From Bdellovibrionia bacterium (lineage in GTDB: Bacteria; Bdellovibrionota; UBA1018), in assembly GCA_049424145.1 (NCBI GenBank), contig JBMSSC010000022.1:1-27660 (forward strand): DNA of 27,660 bases, read 5' to 3'. A program made the position numbers and the translations under genes. The stretch's first letter is position 1; each line of letters begins with the position of its first letter. The notes beneath the pieces are model-generated. The model did no database searches and was not told where the DNA came from. It saw only the letters and a list, made by a program, of their open reading frames with translations. Below, in pieces: positions 26,124-27,660 of this stretch.

Positions 26124-26858
26124 ATGAGGGTCCCAGAAAAAAAATCAACAGCAACTGAGTTGATTGTGGCGTTGGACTTTCCCCGGGTTGAGCCTGCTTG
26201 GGAGTGCATCGAAGCTTTAAAAGGGCTTCCTGTGATTTTTAAGGTGGGTCTAGAACTCTACATGCATGGCGGGAGTGATTGGATCCGAGAACTGGTTCAT
26301 CAGAAGAAGCGGGTGTTTTTGGATTTAAAGTTTCATGACATTCCGCAGACGGTGGCCCGAGCGGCTCATCAAGCGGCTTTGCTTCATGTGGAGATGTTTA
26401 CGCTTCACCTGCTGGGCGGCAGTGCCATGATTCAAGCCGTGAACGACGAGTTGGCTGAGTTTCCAGCGCTTAAGCCCCGGGTGTTGGGGGTGAGTGTGCT
26501 CACCTCGTTTGATGATGTGCGCTGGGCTGAGGTGACCCGGGCGTTGACGGGTCACGCCATGGAAGTGTCGCATTCTGTGGAGGGATTGGTGAATCAGCTG
26601 CCTGCTTGGGGAGGGGTGGATGGGGTGGTGTGCTCCGCTTTGGAGTTATCCGAGATTCGCGCTCAGTATCCTCATCTCTATACGGTTGTGCCGGGAATCC
26701 GCCCTCAGGGTTCCCCTGCGCAAGATCAGGCTCGAGTCACGACGCCTGAGCAGGCCAAAAAATGGGGTGCCAGTGCCATTGTTGTTGGGCGGCCCATCAC
26801 TCAGGCTGCAGATCCTCGGGGTGTGGCGGAGGCCATCTTAGCGGAACTTCAGGGTTGA
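26124..26858 (+). CDS. pyrF: Orotidine 5'-phosphate decarboxylase
   Basis: LIVALD, FKVGLEL, FLDLKFHDIPQTV, VLTS, VPGIRP, DQAR, VVGRPIT. Start uncertain (26079, 26100 or 26124). Confidence 0.96.
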   Translation: MRVPEKKSTATELIVALDFPRVEPAWECIEALKGLPVIFKVGLELYMHGGSDWIRELVHQKKRVFLDLKFHDIPQTVARAAHQAALLHVEMFTLHLLGGSAMIQAVNDELAEFPALKPRVLGVSVLTSFDDVRWAEVTRALTGHAMEVSHSVEGLVNQLPAWGGVDGVVCSALELSEIRAQYPHLYTVVPGIRPQGSPAQDQARVTTPEQAKKWGASAIVVGRPITQAADPRGVAEAILAELQG

Positions 26859-26929
26859 GAGCTCTCAGAGACCCAGTTTGTGACGTTTCACCTTAACTCT
26901 GGCCGCGTTCTGTGCGAAGAGTCTAGGCT

Positions 26930-27660
26930 ATGCCCGTTATTTTAAGAAATCCCCATAGTGTTTTAGCGGCTCTGAAGGTTCGCCCTCAGGACGTTCTTGA
27001 AGTCGTAGTTCCCTCCGAGGAGCGCTCGAGTCGTTTTTCGAGTGCTCAGCAGGAGGGGAGCGAAGCAGTCAGTGAATCGGATGTTTGGGGTCAGGTTCGC
27101 CTTCGAGCCCAGAAGTTGGGGATTCCTCTTCGAAGCAGCAAGTCCGCTCAGGCAGCGCAAGGATCTCGGGGTCGTTCATCCCGAATGGGGAATGGGCCCA
27201 AAGATCAGAGCTTAAGGCTGGGGGGTTCTGAAGCAACGGTTCGGGAGAGAGCTCCAGTTGCGAGTGAGGAGCTTTTTTCGGGGGCTACATCTCGGGCAGA
27301 GGGTCGGGGGTTATGGCTTGCCTTGGATTGTTTGCAGGATCCTCAAAATGTGGGTGCGATTTTTCGGGCGGCGGCATTCTTTGGGGTTCAGGGAATTTTA
27401 CTCACCCAGGAGCGCTCGGCTTCCTTGACGGGAACCGTGTATGATGTGGCCTCCGGGGGTCTTGAGTTTGTGCCCTTTGTGGTTCAAGCCAACCTCCAGA
27501 GGGGGTTTGAAGTGGCAAAGAAAGCGGGTCTTTGGGTCTTAGGGACCTCCGAGCATGCTCAGGAGGATGTGGCTGCGGTGGCGTGCGATCGTCCCTGGCT
27601 TTTGGTTCTGGGGAATGAAGAAAAAGGCATTCGAAGGTTAACCGAGGAGTCCTGTGATGT
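26930..27660 (+). CDS. TrmH/SpoU-family 2'-O RNA methyltransferase (RlmB-like), runs off window end
   Basis: Not in the ORF track. Manual translation MPVILRNPHSVLAAL...LALDCLQDPQNVGAIFRAAAFFGV...LLVLGNEEKGIRRLTEESCD contains SPOUT motifs 1 and 2. Confidence 0.93.
   Translation, partial: MPVILRNPHSVLAALKVRPQDVLEVVVPSEERSSRFSSAQQEGSEAVSESDVWGQVRLRAQKLGIPLRSSKSAQAAQGSRGRSSRMGNGPKDQSLRLGGSEATVRERAPVASEELFSGATSRAEGRGLWLALDCLQDPQNVGAIFRAAAFFGVQGILLTQERSASLTGTVYDVASGGLEFVPFVVQANLQRGFEVAKKAGLWVLGTSEHAQEDVAAVACDRPWLLVLGNEEKGIRRLTEESCD

Noticed and set aside
26963..27160. 65-aa minus-strand ORF
   Set aside because: Antisense to the TrmH/RlmB-like gene starting at 26930.

Overview
Gene-dense, mostly housekeeping bacterial chromosome segment. 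Gene content and protein style suggest a deltaproteobacteria-like lineage such as Bdellovibrionota/Oligoflexia; this is tentative and no search was run. Genes in order: smc (5' part, missed by the ORF track), a ~0.9 kb structured intergenic region, ppdK, glyQS, gmhB, recO, a FAD-linked D-2-hydroxyacid dehydrogenase, a small ORF plus a 1133-aa internally duplicated CPBP (CAAX-protease-like) membrane protein, serA, rsgA, an acyl-CoA dehydrogenase, an RsmB/NOP methyltransferase, pyrD, a 26-aa lysine-rich microprotein, a degenerate REC-GGDEF protein, an NtrY/NtrX-like two-component pair, a GT2 glycosyltransferase, proS, pyrF and a TrmH/RlmB-like methyltransferase (partial, missed by the ORF track). 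I saw no CRISPR array, tRNA, rRNA or intact mobile element. Most notable: (1) the unannotated microprotein gene MAAKKKAAKKKTAKKKTAKKKTAKKK with its own promoter, RBS and terminator; (2) -10-like hexamers ending exactly 6 nt before the ATG in five SD-less genes, suggesting leaderless mRNAs, including a 20-bp bidirectional serA/rsgA promoter; (3) an orphan ~390-nt structured transcription unit and a ~195-nt rod-like fold between smc and ppdK; (4) a pseudo-receiver/degenerate GGDEF protein with an intact RxxD I-site upstream of ntrY/ntrX-like genes.
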